NCBI GenBank assembly: GCA_913055635.1
Contig: CAJXLK010000023.1
Span: 4,610-68,609, forward strand
DNA length: 64,000 bases
Source of the DNA: an uncultured Bacteroidota bacterium
GTDB taxonomy: Bacteria; Bacteroidota; Bacteroidia; Bacteroidales; UBA12077
Direction of reading: 5' to 3'
Every line of letters starts with the position of its first letter. The first letter of the stretch is position 1. Made by a program: the position numbers and the translations under genes. Positions 38,944 to 49,088 of the stretch are shown one piece after another. Under the pieces are notes generated by a model that saw nothing but the letters and a program-made list of their open reading frames with translations, was not told the DNA's origin and ran no database searches.

Positions 38944-38968
38944 TCAAATGAACCTTGCATCAGAATAT

Positions 38969-39006
38969 AAAAAATCCCGTACCTGCTTGGGTACGGGATA
39001 TCTTTT
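38969..39006. terminator. Probable bidirectional terminator between asmA and rplS
   Basis: ATCCCGTACC...GGTACGGGAT stem with flanking A/T runs. Confidence 0.75.
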
Positions 39007-39034
39007 ATGCAGAAACCGATCGATGGGTTTGCTT

Positions 39035-39388
39035 TTACACCCTGCGCTCTTTGATCTTCGCTTTGGCTTTTTTGCCGGTAAGCCCACGCAGGTAAAATAT
39101 CTTGGATTTTCTCACCTTCCCGCGCTTGTTCACATCTACCCCCGCAATGTTCGGTGAATGTACAGGGAAAATCCGCTCTACCCCTACACTTCCCGACATC
39201 TTCCGAACCGTAAAGGTCTCGGAAAGTCCTTCTCCTTTGCGCTGAATGACAACTCCCTGAAAGTTCTGGATCCTTTCTTTATTGCCCTCCTTAATCTTAT
39301 AGTGAACGGTGATCGTATCTCCGGCTCTGAAGCGCGGCATCTGGTGATCTGTGCCGAATTCTTTTTCTACTTCTTTCATTAAGTCCAT
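39035..39388 (-). CDS. rplS: 50S ribosomal protein L19
   Basis: [27 protein letters not shown]...[19 protein letters not shown]. Confidence 0.98.
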   Translation of the reverse strand: MDLMKEVEKEFGTDHQMPRFRAGDTITVHYKIKEGNKERIQNFQGVVIQRKGEGLSETFTVRKMSGSVGVERIFPVHSPNIAGVDVNKRGKVRKSKIFYLRGLTGKKAKAKIKERRV

Positions 39389-39670
39389 GCCAGTCTCTTA
39401 TTTTGTGGTTACTATTGCTCGTTTACGGAGCGCAATATTAAAAAGATTTTTTTACATCGCATAACATTTGCCTAAAAATCACACAACATTTTATCGCATG
39501 AGATCCGATGAGATGTAGCACCATTGTCAGATGTTTGGTCTATAAGATGTTGTTTTTTAATGTTTTGTTAAACGATCACCCGATGCTTTGTGCCAAGATA
39601 TTTTACCGTGTATCTGTGTTGTTTTCCTTTGGGTGTTTTATCCGGCCATGGTCCGTGGTGACCTATTCTT

Positions 39671-40681
39671 TTATTCTATCGGGTAGTAAACCATGGTAAC
39701 CCATAGGGTGGAATCGGGTTCGGTTTGGGGATCAGTAAGATAAGTCTCCCAGAACTCGCCCTTTCGTTTTAAATTTTTTTCCATGGCATGTTTGATCACC
39801 TTGTTATAGGTGATAAACAGTGATTGATAGGGGCCTGTGTGTTGGGCGGTTATGGCTCTGCCAGCCGGATAGATTTTAAAGGAAATATTGCTTTCGGAGG
39901 GAATTTCCTGTTCGACCGGAAAGCCGGCTTCAAAGCGCAGGGGCTGGCCCGACTCGTAAGCGCCTGTATAGCGAGCAAACGGAGGGCCGGCAGGGATTAC
40001 ATCGTTCCGGGTTAAATACTCCATCAACTCTCCATAGGCTTCTCCCATGCTCTTGGCGATCTCTTCCATAGAGGATTGCTTTTCGACAACTACTGCGCGC
40101 ATTTCAGGCATTTCTTTGACCCGGATGGCTGAAGTTCTCCCTGGCCAGTTGGGCAGGCGTTCGATATAGTTTTTAAAGTTGTTTAAACCCTTTTGAAAGG
40201 ATTTTATGATGTCGCCTTTCATAAACAACCCGGCCCAACGGGCAAAAAAGTTGCCCCATTCACCCTTCATCTGCCAGGTAAGTTCTGTACCCCCCGCATT
40301 GGGATTGAAATTCCAGACCATCCGCGCGGAATCGGTCCCATTGCCCATAAAATGAATGGTGGAGCGTATCTGCTCGTGGATGTTGACCGAACGCACGGTG
40401 ATTTTTCCTTTCCCAACCTTTTCTCCGTCCCACTCCCAGACAGAGCCCATGCCGTTTTCTGTCATTTTGGTGTAGGTGTGTGCCCGGGGGTCCTCCTCAA
40501 TCCAGGGATCCCATTGGGGCCGGTTGTTGAAATCGAGGGCATGAAAATAGGCTACTTCGGGTGAACGCTGAACCATAGCCTTCGCCTCAATCTTATAGCG
40601 ATTGGGCAGGACCAGTCCGACCAATACAAACAGTATGATCAGAACCAGCAATGACAATGCAATGTACCTGAAGGTTTTCAT
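39671..40681 (-). CDS. Membrane-anchored SRPBCC + GyrI-like small-molecule-binding protein
   Basis: ATG 40681 MKTFRY; TM; WDPW, WEWDG..VGKG (SRPBCC); AGPPFARY, HTGPY, WETYLTDP (GyrI-like). Confidence 0.87.
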   Translation of the reverse strand: MKTFRYIALSLLVLIILFVLVGLVLPNRYKIEAKAMVQRSPEVAYFHALDFNNRPQWDPWIEEDPRAHTYTKMTENGMGSVWEWDGEKVGKGKITVRSVNIHEQIRSTIHFMGNGTDSARMVWNFNPNAGGTELTWQMKGEWGNFFARWAGLFMKGDIIKSFQKGLNNFKNYIERLPNWPGRTSAIRVKEMPEMRAVVVEKQSSMEEIAKSMGEAYGELMEYLTRNDVIPAGPPFARYTGAYESGQPLRFEAGFPVEQEIPSESNISFKIYPAGRAITAQHTGPYQSLFITYNKVIKHAMEKNLKRKGEFWETYLTDPQTEPDSTLWVTMVYYPIE

Positions 40682-40712
40682 AAGTTTATTTTTTTTGTTA
40701 ATATATTGGCCG

Positions 40713-41042
40713 TATGGAACCTGCATGAATAATCATGTCCTTGTTGTGTAAGTCCTTGCATGCAGGTTTCATAAGGATATACTTTAATTAAAAGCTTGTA
40801 AATCAATATGATCTGAATCTTAAAACAGACATTATGTGGTCAATCATTATGGAACCCGCATGTATATCCATGTCCTTGTTGTGTGTGTCCTTGCATGCAG
40901 GTTTATTCGTATAAAGTTTATTAACGGTTTGTATTTCAGTATAATAATGGTATATAATCCGTTGGTCTCGGTAACCTCTGCTATGGAAGCCCCATGCTTT
41001 ATTCATTTCCTTGTTGTGTAAGTTCTTGGATGGGGTTTCATT
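40713..41042. repeat. Three 61-nt imperfect hairpin repeats with 135-nt period (candidate structured RNA array)
   Basis: Copies at 40713, 40848, 40982; conserved core TCCTTGTTGTGT; terminal inverted repeats with compensatory changes. Confidence 0.88.
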
Positions 41043-41240
41043 TGGGATGAACATTTGGTTAAGTGTTGTATCGTTCCACACGATGGACTTCATTTGAATG
41101 TTAAGGGTTCCACACCATTGTGTAAGCTGCCGGTATTGGATAACTCTTTGAATTACATCTCATTGTTAAGGGGCGATAAATAAAAGGAGGCTTCATACAA
41201 AGGTATGGAATTTCTCCATAGAAGGCCACAGAAAGGCCAC

Positions 41241-41272
41241 AAAAAAAGACCGGCCTTAAAACCGGTCTTTTT
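41241..41272. terminator. Intrinsic terminator downstream of the C69 peptidase
   Basis: AAAAAAAGACCGG...CCGGTCTTTTT. Confidence 0.8.
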
Positions 41273-41343
41273 AGTGAAGCGGATAAATTTGTGTTGGGGG
41301 CAGATTGATGCTCCGGGTAAAAAGGCAGCTGCTAGTGGCTGTC

Positions 41344-43047
41344 TTACTCGGGCACTTTGAATTTATCGCCGGTTTCTTCAATCAGCTTTTTGTACCATTC
41401 TTTGCTATAACCAGGTTGTTTGAGTTTGACCACGCCGGTTCCGTTGCTCTTGAAGTCTCTGCCGTCGGTTTTTTTGACGTTGCCGTCCATGAATTTCATG
41501 AACAAGAACTGGTAAAATCTTTTCCATTTGTGCACCAAAGCGTTGGCATTATCAACGGAAAAGTTGGATACCAGCTCTTCAGCTTTTTGTTGATCCTGTT
41601 GATAGATTTCTTTGGCTTTTTGATCGACCATTTCGGTGTACTGGACAAAGCGTTTCTCCAGTTCCTGCTGGAGGTCGTGGATATAGGGATGGATCAGGTC
41701 GTAGCGGGTATAGGCCAGGTTGGAGACCTGGTTGAAAGTCCAGAAGGCGGAGTTGTTGGACCATTCCATCATCGAGCCGTTGCCTTCGGCGTAAGTTGCC
41801 GGTGCTTTCTGGAGTCCGGCATAGAGTGGGGTATAGACGGTACTGGCGGCATCGTCGACGCTGAACCAGAAAATACCGCCAACCGGGTCGGGCAACCAGC
41901 TTCTGGCCTGGGCTACGAAAGAAAAGCCGGTTTGCTGGGTAGCGGTAGCCCGCTCATTACAGTAAGTCTTGCCATCTACTTTCCAGGTCAGCGGACGCCA
42001 CCGGTAAGGCCGGTCGAAGGGGCCGGCACCAAAGTCTTTACGCATGTCCAGCTTGGTATCCTCGTAATGGTCGCGCATGAAATTCATCATGTCGCGGGCG
42101 GAAATTTTCTTGTTGGGCTTGATCCACAGGGGCATCCGGTTGTCCAGGTCATGGCCCATGGCATATTCCAGGTACTGGTCCATGTTGTCGTGAACATCCT
42201 TGAAAAACGACCATACGCGGGCTTCGCAGAAACGGGCCCCGCCAAAAGTCATCGGTGCGTAAGTGTCAGAAAAGCTGAAGTCCTCGTCTTTGCCTTCATA
42301 GAAGCCCATTTCCCTGGCAAAGGAGATGACATCGTCGGAATAGACGGTGGTCACTTCCGGGTTGGAAATCTCATCGATGTTGCTAAAAGTGATGCTCTCC
42401 TCCTCATCGGCCAAGGGAAAGGTCTGGATGCGGGCCTGGTTGGCGTGGGCCGATACATAACCGTCGGGTATCTTGCGGGCAACCCATACCGCGCCTTTAC
42501 CGGCCGGGCCTTTTCCGATGATCTCCAATATCCATACCTCATTGGGATCGGCAATGGAAAAGGATTCACCCGTGCTGTAATAGCCATATTTGTCGACCAG
42601 GGTGGTCATCACTTTGATGGCCTCCCGGGCTGTTTTGGCCCTTTGAAGGGTGACATACATCAGGCTTCCGTAATCCATGATGGCGTTGGTGTCTTTTACC
42701 GCCAGCTCCTCGCGGCCTCCGTATGTGGTTTCTCCTATGGAGACCTGGTGCTCATTCATGTTGCCTACCACGCGGTAAGTATGACGAACCTGGGGAATCT
42801 TGCCCAGGAATTTACCGGTGTCCCATTCGCGGATATCCATCATGGCCCCTTCCGGATAATCGGCAGCCGGGGTGAAATACAATTCCCCGTAAAGCACATG
42901 TGAGTCGGCAGCATAGGTGATCATCGTCGATCCATCAGTCGAGGCGCCTTTGGTCACCAGAAAATTGGTGCAGGCATTACTGGTCAAATGCCCGGCTAAA
43001 ATGGAAACGAGAAGAACCAGTGTGAATCGGAGTGATTTGGTTTTCAT
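41344..43047 (-). CDS. C69 family dipeptidase
   Basis: Signal peptide then ACTNFLV (N-terminal Cys nucleophile), NMNEHQVSIGETT, LQRAKTAREAI, HANQARI. Confidence 0.9.
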   Translation of the reverse strand: MKTKSLRFTLVLLVSILAGHLTSNACTNFLVTKGASTDGSTMITYAADSHVLYGELYFTPAADYPEGAMMDIREWDTGKFLGKIPQVRHTYRVVGNMNEHQVSIGETTYGGREELAVKDTNAIMDYGSLMYVTLQRAKTAREAIKVMTTLVDKYGYYSTGESFSIADPNEVWILEIIGKGPAGKGAVWVARKIPDGYVSAHANQARIQTFPLADEEESITFSNIDEISNPEVTTVYSDDVISFAREMGFYEGKDEDFSFSDTYAPMTFGGARFCEARVWSFFKDVHDNMDQYLEYAMGHDLDNRMPLWIKPNKKISARDMMNFMRDHYEDTKLDMRKDFGAGPFDRPYRWRPLTWKVDGKTYCNERATATQQTGFSFVAQARSWLPDPVGGIFWFSVDDAASTVYTPLYAGLQKAPATYAEGNGSMMEWSNNSAFWTFNQVSNLAYTRYDLIHPYIHDLQQELEKRFVQYTEMVDQKAKEIYQQDQQKAEELVSNFSVDNANALVHKWKRFYQFLFMKFMDGNVKKTDGRDFKSNGTGVVKLKQPGYSKEWYKKLIEETGDKFKVPE

Positions 43048-43181
43048 ACATCTGTTTTTATGGGATTAAACTTTAAAATAGGTACTGATGTGCATGGCGA
43101 AAAAAATACGTCTATGTCTGATTTAACAAAAATAGAATTTTTTATTCAATTGCATTTATGACCCCTGCAAAAAACTCCGGT

Positions 43182-44270
43182 TTAAATGGTATGAACCACT
43201 CCACCGCAATTATCTCGGGATGCTCCGGTTGCAGAGGCCAGACAGTTGTTTTCGTTCCTGATCCTGAGCAACCCCATGAGGGCAAAAATTAAGGCCTCTT
43301 TGAAGTCGATGACTTTTGGGGAAGGTTTAATGAGTCGGTGGGGGGTATGGTGTTGAAGTACTTCCATGAGGAAGGTATTGTGTGCCCCGCCACCAGTCAC
43401 CAGCATCTTTCCGGGGGGCAGGTGGCGGGTATGGGCAGCAAGCTGAAGGGCAATGTGTTCATAGAGGGTTCTGAGTTGGTCGGCCACCGACAGATCCTGG
43501 TGTTGGTGGATCAAAGGCATGAACTGTTGATTGAACCAGCCGTCTCCAAGGCTTTTGGGTGGGGGTTGCCGGTAATAGTCCAGGTTGTTCAGGGCTGCCA
43601 GCAGGGAAGGGGAGATGTTTCCTTTGCGGGCCAGACTGCCGTTGAAGTCTATATCCCGGCCTATTTGACGGGCCAACAGGTTGATGGCCTTGTTCACCGG
43701 CGATATGTCGAAGGCTCGGCGACGGCCTTGTTCTGACCAGGAGATGTTGCTGTATCCTCCCAAATTCAGGCAAAACTCGTATTGATGAAAAAGCAACGCA
43801 TCGCCAATGGGCACCAAAGGGGCTCCCTGGCCTCCAAGGGCCACATCCATCGAGCGAAAATCGGTGATGGTCGGAATGCCGGTGATGGCAGCGATGGATG
43901 CCCCATCCCCAATCTGGCAGGTATAACCTTCAGCCGGGTTATGAAAGGCTGTATGGCCGTGAGAGGCAATATAGCGAATCCTGCTTTCTTCGGATTCCGA
44001 AAAGAACCGCTTTAGGGTATCGCCTATATAGTGCCCGAGCCTGACGCTTAAGTGGGCAAAGGCTTCGGCCGGTATCTGCGACAGCTTATGCAGCTCCTCC
44101 CTCAGCCCGGCCGGATAAGTGAACGTCTCAGCCTTTATGATTTCATATTCCCACCCTTGGGCTGTCCGGGTGAAAACGCAATGGGCCACATCCAACCCGT
44201 CAAGAGAAGATCCTGACATCACACCGGCCAATTCATACCGGTGCCCGGATGGACTAGCCAAGTCATTCAT
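43182..44270 (-). CDS. anmK: Anhydro-N-acetylmuramic acid kinase
   Basis: GVMSGSSLDGLD, SHGHT, DFRSMDVALGGQGAPLVP, GGGAHN, KEALIFA. Confidence 0.94.
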   Translation of the reverse strand: MNDLASPSGHRYELAGVMSGSSLDGLDVAHCVFTRTAQGWEYEIIKAETFTYPAGLREELHKLSQIPAEAFAHLSVRLGHYIGDTLKRFFSESEESRIRYIASHGHTAFHNPAEGYTCQIGDGASIAAITGIPTITDFRSMDVALGGQGAPLVPIGDALLFHQYEFCLNLGGYSNISWSEQGRRRAFDISPVNKAINLLARQIGRDIDFNGSLARKGNISPSLLAALNNLDYYRQPPPKSLGDGWFNQQFMPLIHQHQDLSVADQLRTLYEHIALQLAAHTRHLPPGKMLVTGGGAHNTFLMEVLQHHTPHRLIKPSPKVIDFKEALIFALMGLLRIRNENNCLASATGASRDNCGGVVHTI

Positions 44271-44931
44271 TCAAATGGCCGTTGATTAAATCCTTAACCG
44301 CTTTCCGGTGAAGGGTGGCCAGGGTTACCCGGCCGGTATCATCCTGCCCCCGCTCAGTGAAACTGCCGAATAGGGCCTGCTCTACTTTGAGCGGCTTATC
44401 CGCCTGGTGCTCTCCATGCCAGCGGTCAACCGGCAATATCCCTTCATTGTTGTAAACGGTGATGTCAATGTCATAGCGGGGAAAGGTTACCTCTTCCGCC
44501 AAATCCGGGTTCTTTTCTCGACGCTCCTGGGTCTTGCTGTCCAGCTTGATTTCTACTTTAAAGTAATACGGGGAATCACCCTCCCTCATAGCCTTGGAAA
44601 TGCTGGCTTTGGGATATCCAAACGGGTCATATTTTACCGCCTGCATGAAGCTATTGATCGGCAGAATGCTGATCTGAAGGCTGTCTTCCAGCATCGGCGT
44701 CATGTTATAATACAGATGATGCACGATCAACGCCTTTAATCGGTCTTTGGCCTCTTTGTTATGCACTTGAGCCGATTCAATATAGGAATTCAGCGGCTTC
44801 AGGTCTTCCCTGATTTCCTTGGTAATCTTTAAATTATAATTGATCAGGGCAAACTGCTTGTTGGCATAATTCTGGGCAAAAATTCCCACGGTTACCAGTA
44901 GGAAAAGTGCGGTAAGGATTGTCTTTTTCAT
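44263..44931 (-). CDS. Secreted hypothetical protein
   Basis: Signal peptide MKKTIL...IFAQ; overlaps the anmK start. Confidence 0.7.
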   Translation of the reverse strand: MKKTILTALFLLVTVGIFAQNYANKQFALINYNLKITKEIREDLKPLNSYIESAQVHNKEAKDRLKALIVHHLYYNMTPMLEDSLQISILPINSFMQAVKYDPFGYPKASISKAMREGDSPYYFKVEIKLDSKTQERREKNPDLAEEVTFPRYDIDITVYNNEGILPVDRWHGEHQADKPLKVEQALFGSFTERGQDDTGRVTLATLHRKAVKDLINGHLNE

Positions 44932-45325
44932 ATCTCGGATTGTTGTTCCCCGACAAATTTATAAAATGATGGTGAAATTCTATGTGTTGGTTGATTTGAT
45001 TCTCACCATAAGTGCATTTTCAATGCTAAGCCACGATTATGATGTTTCGCCAGCTTGACAATGTGCCGGGATCCGTTTGATTTGAAGGAAGACTTATATA
45101 AAGCTTGTACATTGGTATCATTGTAAGTTATTTAATTGTTATTGACCGCCTTGCCATCAGACCTACATGCTTTCTGCCAATCCTGGTTGGGAAGGTCCGT
45201 ATATGTGGGTTTCTTTTAATTGAGGGTTTCTTTTAATTCGGCGAGATGGCTGCTTTTCGGTGGAATGTTGTTGAATAACATGCCATTTTTTGGATCAAAT
45301 ATTTGACCGGTGTTTAGGGATGAAT

Positions 45326-45372
45326 TATATTTGACCAATTGGTTAAATCATGTAGTTAAACCAATTGGTTAG
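45326..45372 (+). promoter_or_regulatory. -7 box followed by tandem palindromic TetR-type operators
   Basis: TATATTTG 45326-33; ACCAATTGGT 45334-43; AACCAATTGGTT 45359-70; degenerate copy between. Confidence 0.75.
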
Positions 45373-45389
45373 TATAGATACAATTGCTT

Positions 45390-45998
45390 ATGGCCGATCA
45401 ATCGACGAATACGCAAACCAAGATCCTGGAAGCAGCCAGCCGTGTTTTTCAGAGAAAAGGCATGGAGGGGGCCAGGATGCAGGAGATTGCCGATGAGGCA
45501 GGAATCAACAAGGCTTTGCTGCATTACTATTACCGCAGCAAAGACAAATTGTTCCTGGAAGTCTTTCGCCTGGCGATCCATGACTTTATTCCCGGTATCA
45601 GGGACATCCTCTTTAGGGATGTCCCCCTGACCCAAAAGCTGGATCACTTTATCAGGGAATACATGCGGGTTCTGCTGGAAAACCCATTTGTTCCGATGTT
45701 CATCATCCATGAGCTTCAGCGGGATCCCGACCGGCTGTTTCAGGTGTTTGTAGAGGCCGGTATTGATCCTTCCGAGATTCTTCAGCAAGTAGAGAGGTCT
45801 TTAAAGGATAACGACCACCGTTCGATGGATCCGAAACATTTGATGATCAATGTGCTTTCGCTGTGCATTTTTCCGGTGGCAGGCCGGCCTTTGTTGCAAC
45901 GGATTATGTTCGACAACGATGGCCGGGCCTACGAAGCCTTTTTAGAGGAGCGTTATCAGGTAGTTTCGAATTTTGTAATAAATGCCCTTCAATCATGA
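45390..45998 (+). CDS. TetR/AcrR family regulator
   Basis: KILEAA..VF..KG..GARMQEIADEAGINKALLHYYYRSKDKLF. Confidence 0.94.
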   Translation: MADQSTNTQTKILEAASRVFQRKGMEGARMQEIADEAGINKALLHYYYRSKDKLFLEVFRLAIHDFIPGIRDILFRDVPLTQKLDHFIREYMRVLLENPFVPMFIIHELQRDPDRLFQVFVEAGIDPSEILQQVERSLKDNDHRSMDPKHLMINVLSLCIFPVAGRPLLQRIMFDNDGRAYEAFLEERYQVVSNFVINALQS

Positions 45999-47260
45999 GA
46001 AGAATTGCTGTCTTACTGTTATTATTAACGCAGGCATCATTTGCACAGGTGGATACATTGGAGTTGGCCCGGTGTTTGGATGCGCTCGAACAAAATCAAC
46101 CCGTGGCCGACCAGAAACCTTTGATCCATAAGCAGACCCTGCTGAAGTTGAAAAATTTAAAATCGCGCTGGTATCCCGGGCTGGATTTCTCGGCCCAGGC
46201 CACCTATCAGAGTGAAACGGTGCAGATTGATCCGGATCTGCCTTTTGAAGCCGATTTTCCGACGCCATCGCGCGATCAGTACAAGGCCACCGTGGAGATC
46301 TCTCAGCTGCTGTATGATGGGGGGATGGTGAAGGCTTCCCGTAAGTCGGAGCGCATCGGGGAAAAAGTCGACAACCAATCGGTGCGGGTGGATCTGCATC
46401 AGGTGAAGGAACAGGTCATGGAGGTTTACTTTGGAATTTTGCTGTTGAACAAACAGCGCGACATCCTTGAATCGACCCGGAAAGAACTTGATGGCAAGCT
46501 AGCCACGGTCAAGGCAGCCGTCGAGCATGGCACGCTGCTGCCTTCTGATTTAAAAACCATTCAGGCTGAAAAGCTTCACCTGGAGCAAAACATGGATGAA
46601 TTGACCGTACAGGTTCACGCCAGTTACCAGGTGCTTGGTGAATTAACCGGTCTGAAGACCGATTCTTCCATGGTCCTTGACCCCCCGGAGTTGGAAGTCG
46701 AATCCTCCGCGAAAATAGAGCGACCCGAGAATAAGCTCTTTGACCTGAGGAGTCAGCGCCTAAAGGCCCAAAGTCAGGTTATCCGCTCCGAAAGGCGCCC
46801 CACCGTATCGGCTTTTGCCCAGGTGGGTTACGGCAAGCCGGGATTGAACATGCTCAGCGATCAATTCAAGGGCTTTTACTATGTAGGAGCCCGTTTAAGC
46901 TGGAATATCTGGGATTGGGGTCAAAATCAACGCCAAAGGCAAATCACCCGGATTGAGCGGGAAAAAATAGACACCCGGGAGCGTGCCTTTAATCAAAACA
47001 TTCAGGTACAACTCTCCCGGATTGAATCCACCATCAGCCAGTATCAAAAGGCCCTTGAGAAAGATGATCAGATCATTAACCTGCGGCGCCAGGTCACCCA
47101 AAGTGCCCGGTCCAAACTGAAGAACGGGGTGATCACCTCGGCCGATTACATTGCCGATCTCAATGAACTCACCCAAGCACGGATCACCCATGAAAGACAT
47201 CAAATAGAATTGTTAAGGGCCAAAGCCCATTATCAGTTAACAACCGGTAAAATGCAATAA
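45995..47260 (+). CDS. TolC family outer-membrane efflux protein
   Basis: ATG 45995 (ATGA overlap), signal peptide, QLLYDGG, LSWNIWDWG. Confidence 0.9.
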   Translation: MRRIAVLLLLLTQASFAQVDTLELARCLDALEQNQPVADQKPLIHKQTLLKLKNLKSRWYPGLDFSAQATYQSETVQIDPDLPFEADFPTPSRDQYKATVEISQLLYDGGMVKASRKSERIGEKVDNQSVRVDLHQVKEQVMEVYFGILLLNKQRDILESTRKELDGKLATVKAAVEHGTLLPSDLKTIQAEKLHLEQNMDELTVQVHASYQVLGELTGLKTDSSMVLDPPELEVESSAKIERPENKLFDLRSQRLKAQSQVIRSERRPTVSAFAQVGYGKPGLNMLSDQFKGFYYVGARLSWNIWDWGQNQRQRQITRIEREKIDTRERAFNQNIQVQLSRIESTISQYQKALEKDDQIINLRRQVTQSARSKLKNGVITSADYIADLNELTQARITHERHQIELLRAKAHYQLTTGKMQ

Positions 47261-47262
47261 AA

Positions 47263-48192
47263 ATGAAGATCATGAAACGCACCATTTTTCAAATACTTTC
47301 ATTCACAGTTGCTGTGTTTTTTGCAGCCTGTTCCTCGCAGGAGGAAAAGTCCGATGCCTATGGCAATTTTGAAGCCCGCGAGATCATGGTTTCGGCTCAG
47401 TCGCAGGGTGAGCTCACAGAATTACAAGTGCAGGAAGGCCAGACCCTCCAGGCGGGCAAAACCGTTGGATGGATCGATACCTCTTCGCTTGCAGCCAAAA
47501 GGGAACAGCTTCAGGCACGGATCCACTCTCTTTCGGCAAAACTGGCCAATATTCGGGCCCAGGCCGACGTCCAGCAGGAGCAGATCAAAACCCTGAAAAC
47601 CGAGCAATCAAGGATAAAACGATTGTTGAAAGAACAAGCTGCCACCCCTCAGCAATATGACAACATCACCGGCCAGTTGCATGTGGCCCAAAAAAAGCTT
47701 CAATCCATCCGCACCCAGAAGCAATCGGTTTATTCCGAACGAAAAGTTTTACAAAAACAAATCGGCGAGTTGGAGACCCAGATCAACAAATGCCGAATCA
47801 CCAACCCAATCCGGGGCACTGTTCTGGAGCAATACCTGGAAGCCTGTGAGGTTGCTTCCCCGGGAAAACCCGTATATAAAATCGCTGATTTGTCACAGAT
47901 GACCCTCCGGGTTTATATCAGCGGGGCTCAGCTGCCTGATGTTGAGATTGGACAGCCTGTTGAGGTGCTGGTCGATAAGAATGCAACAGAAAACCAGGCT
48001 TTTCAGGGTCAGGTGACCTGGATATCGCCCCGGGCAGAGTTTACCCCAAAGATCATTCAAACCAAGGAAGAACGGGTGGATTTGGTGTATGCCGTTAAAG
48101 TCCGCGTGGACAACGATGGCACCTTAAAAATCGGGATGCCCGGGGAGGTGAACTTTAAAAACCAAGAAGACCATGGCGGCGGTAACAGTTGA
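47263..48192 (+). CDS. HlyD family membrane-fusion lipoprotein (YbhG-like)
   Basis: Lipobox FAAC; GNFEA, AEFTPKIIQTKEER, LKIGMPG. Confidence 0.92.
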   Translation: MKIMKRTIFQILSFTVAVFFAACSSQEEKSDAYGNFEAREIMVSAQSQGELTELQVQEGQTLQAGKTVGWIDTSSLAAKREQLQARIHSLSAKLANIRAQADVQQEQIKTLKTEQSRIKRLLKEQAATPQQYDNITGQLHVAQKKLQSIRTQKQSVYSERKVLQKQIGELETQINKCRITNPIRGTVLEQYLEACEVASPGKPVYKIADLSQMTLRVYISGAQLPDVEIGQPVEVLVDKNATENQAFQGQVTWISPRAEFTPKIIQTKEERVDLVYAVKVRVDNDGTLKIGMPGEVNFKNQEDHGGGNS

Positions 48193-49081
48193 TCATATAA
48201 GCAAGCATTACGGGAGCACGGCAGCCTTAAGACAGGCTAGCTTTGAGGTGGATCCCGGCGAGCTTTTTGGCCTTATCGGACCCGATGGGGCAGGCAAAAC
48301 CACCCTGTTCCGTATACTTACCACTTTGTTGATCCCCGATCAGGGACAGGTCCGCGTCAGGGGATACGATCCGGTGGGCGAATACCGCAAGCTCAGAAGG
48401 CTGATCGGATACATGCCCGGTGATTTTTCCCTTTATGGTGACTTAACGGTGGAAGAAAATCTGGATTTCTTTGCCACCATTTTTGATACCACCATTGAAG
48501 CCAATTATCATCTGATCCGCGATATTTATCAGCAGATCGAGCCATTTAAGCGCCGTCTGGCAAAGAACCTGTCCGGGGGGATGCAACAGAAGCTGGCTTT
48601 GAGCTGTGCCCTGATCCACAAACCCGAAGTGCTGATCCTGGATGAACCCACCACCGGGGTAGATGCAGTCTCGCGGAAGGAATTCTGGGACATGTTGCTC
48701 AAGCTTAAACAACAGGGCATTACCATCCTGGTTTCGACCCCTTATATGGATGAAGCCGGTTTGTGTGACCGGGTGGCCCTGATACAGCAGGGCCAGCTGA
48801 TGAAAATGGATGCCCCTGCCCGGATCATTGAGGCTTTTCCCAAAAAACTCTGGATCGCCAAGGCCGACCATCCTTACCGGTTGTTGCTGGATCTGCGGGA
48901 GTGGTCGGATTTGGCTGCGGTGTATCCGTTTGGTGATTCCATGCACCTGACGGCCCACAGCGACGACCTGGATGAAACCCGGCTGAAACAATTTCTCCGT
49001 GAGCGAAACCATACCTCGGTGGAAGTGGCCCGGGCCAACCCCACCATTGAAGATTGTTTTATGGATTTGATGAATCAATAG
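48173..49081 (+). CDS. ABC ATPase (YbhF N-half-like)
   Basis: GPDGAGKTT, LSGGMQQK, LDEPTTGVD, STPYMDEA. Confidence 0.92.
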   Translation: MAAVTVDHISKHYGSTAALRQASFEVDPGELFGLIGPDGAGKTTLFRILTTLLIPDQGQVRVRGYDPVGEYRKLRRLIGYMPGDFSLYGDLTVEENLDFFATIFDTTIEANYHLIRDIYQQIEPFKRRLAKNLSGGMQQKLALSCALIHKPEVLILDEPTTGVDAVSRKEFWDMLLKLKQQGITILVSTPYMDEAGLCDRVALIQQGQLMKMDAPARIIEAFPKKLWIAKADHPYRLLLDLREWSDLAAVYPFGDSMHLTAHSDDLDETRLKQFLRERNHTSVEVARANPTIEDCFMDLMNQ

Positions 49082-49088
49082 CCTTGTG

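Noticed and set aside
39417-39431. Small hairpin in the rplS leader
   Set aside because: A 4-bp stem is too weak to call an L19 leader without a covariance search
40713-41042. CRISPR interpretation of the 135-nt array
   Set aside because: Repeats (61 nt) and spacers (about 74 nt) are too long, repeats are diverged, spacers resemble each other, no cas genes
40698-41093. Repeated peptide reading of the array (MKPACKDLHNKDM... and ORF 40803..41093)
   Set aside because: Start codon is absent in copy 2 and the frame differs in copy 3; base pairing is better conserved than coding. Not fully excluded
41305-42903. 532-aa + strand ORF
   Set aside because: Antisense shadow of the well-supported C69 dipeptidase; no recognisable motifs
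45207-45238. 15-bp direct repeat GGGTTTCTTTTAATT twice
   Set aside because: AT-rich, only two copies, no supporting context
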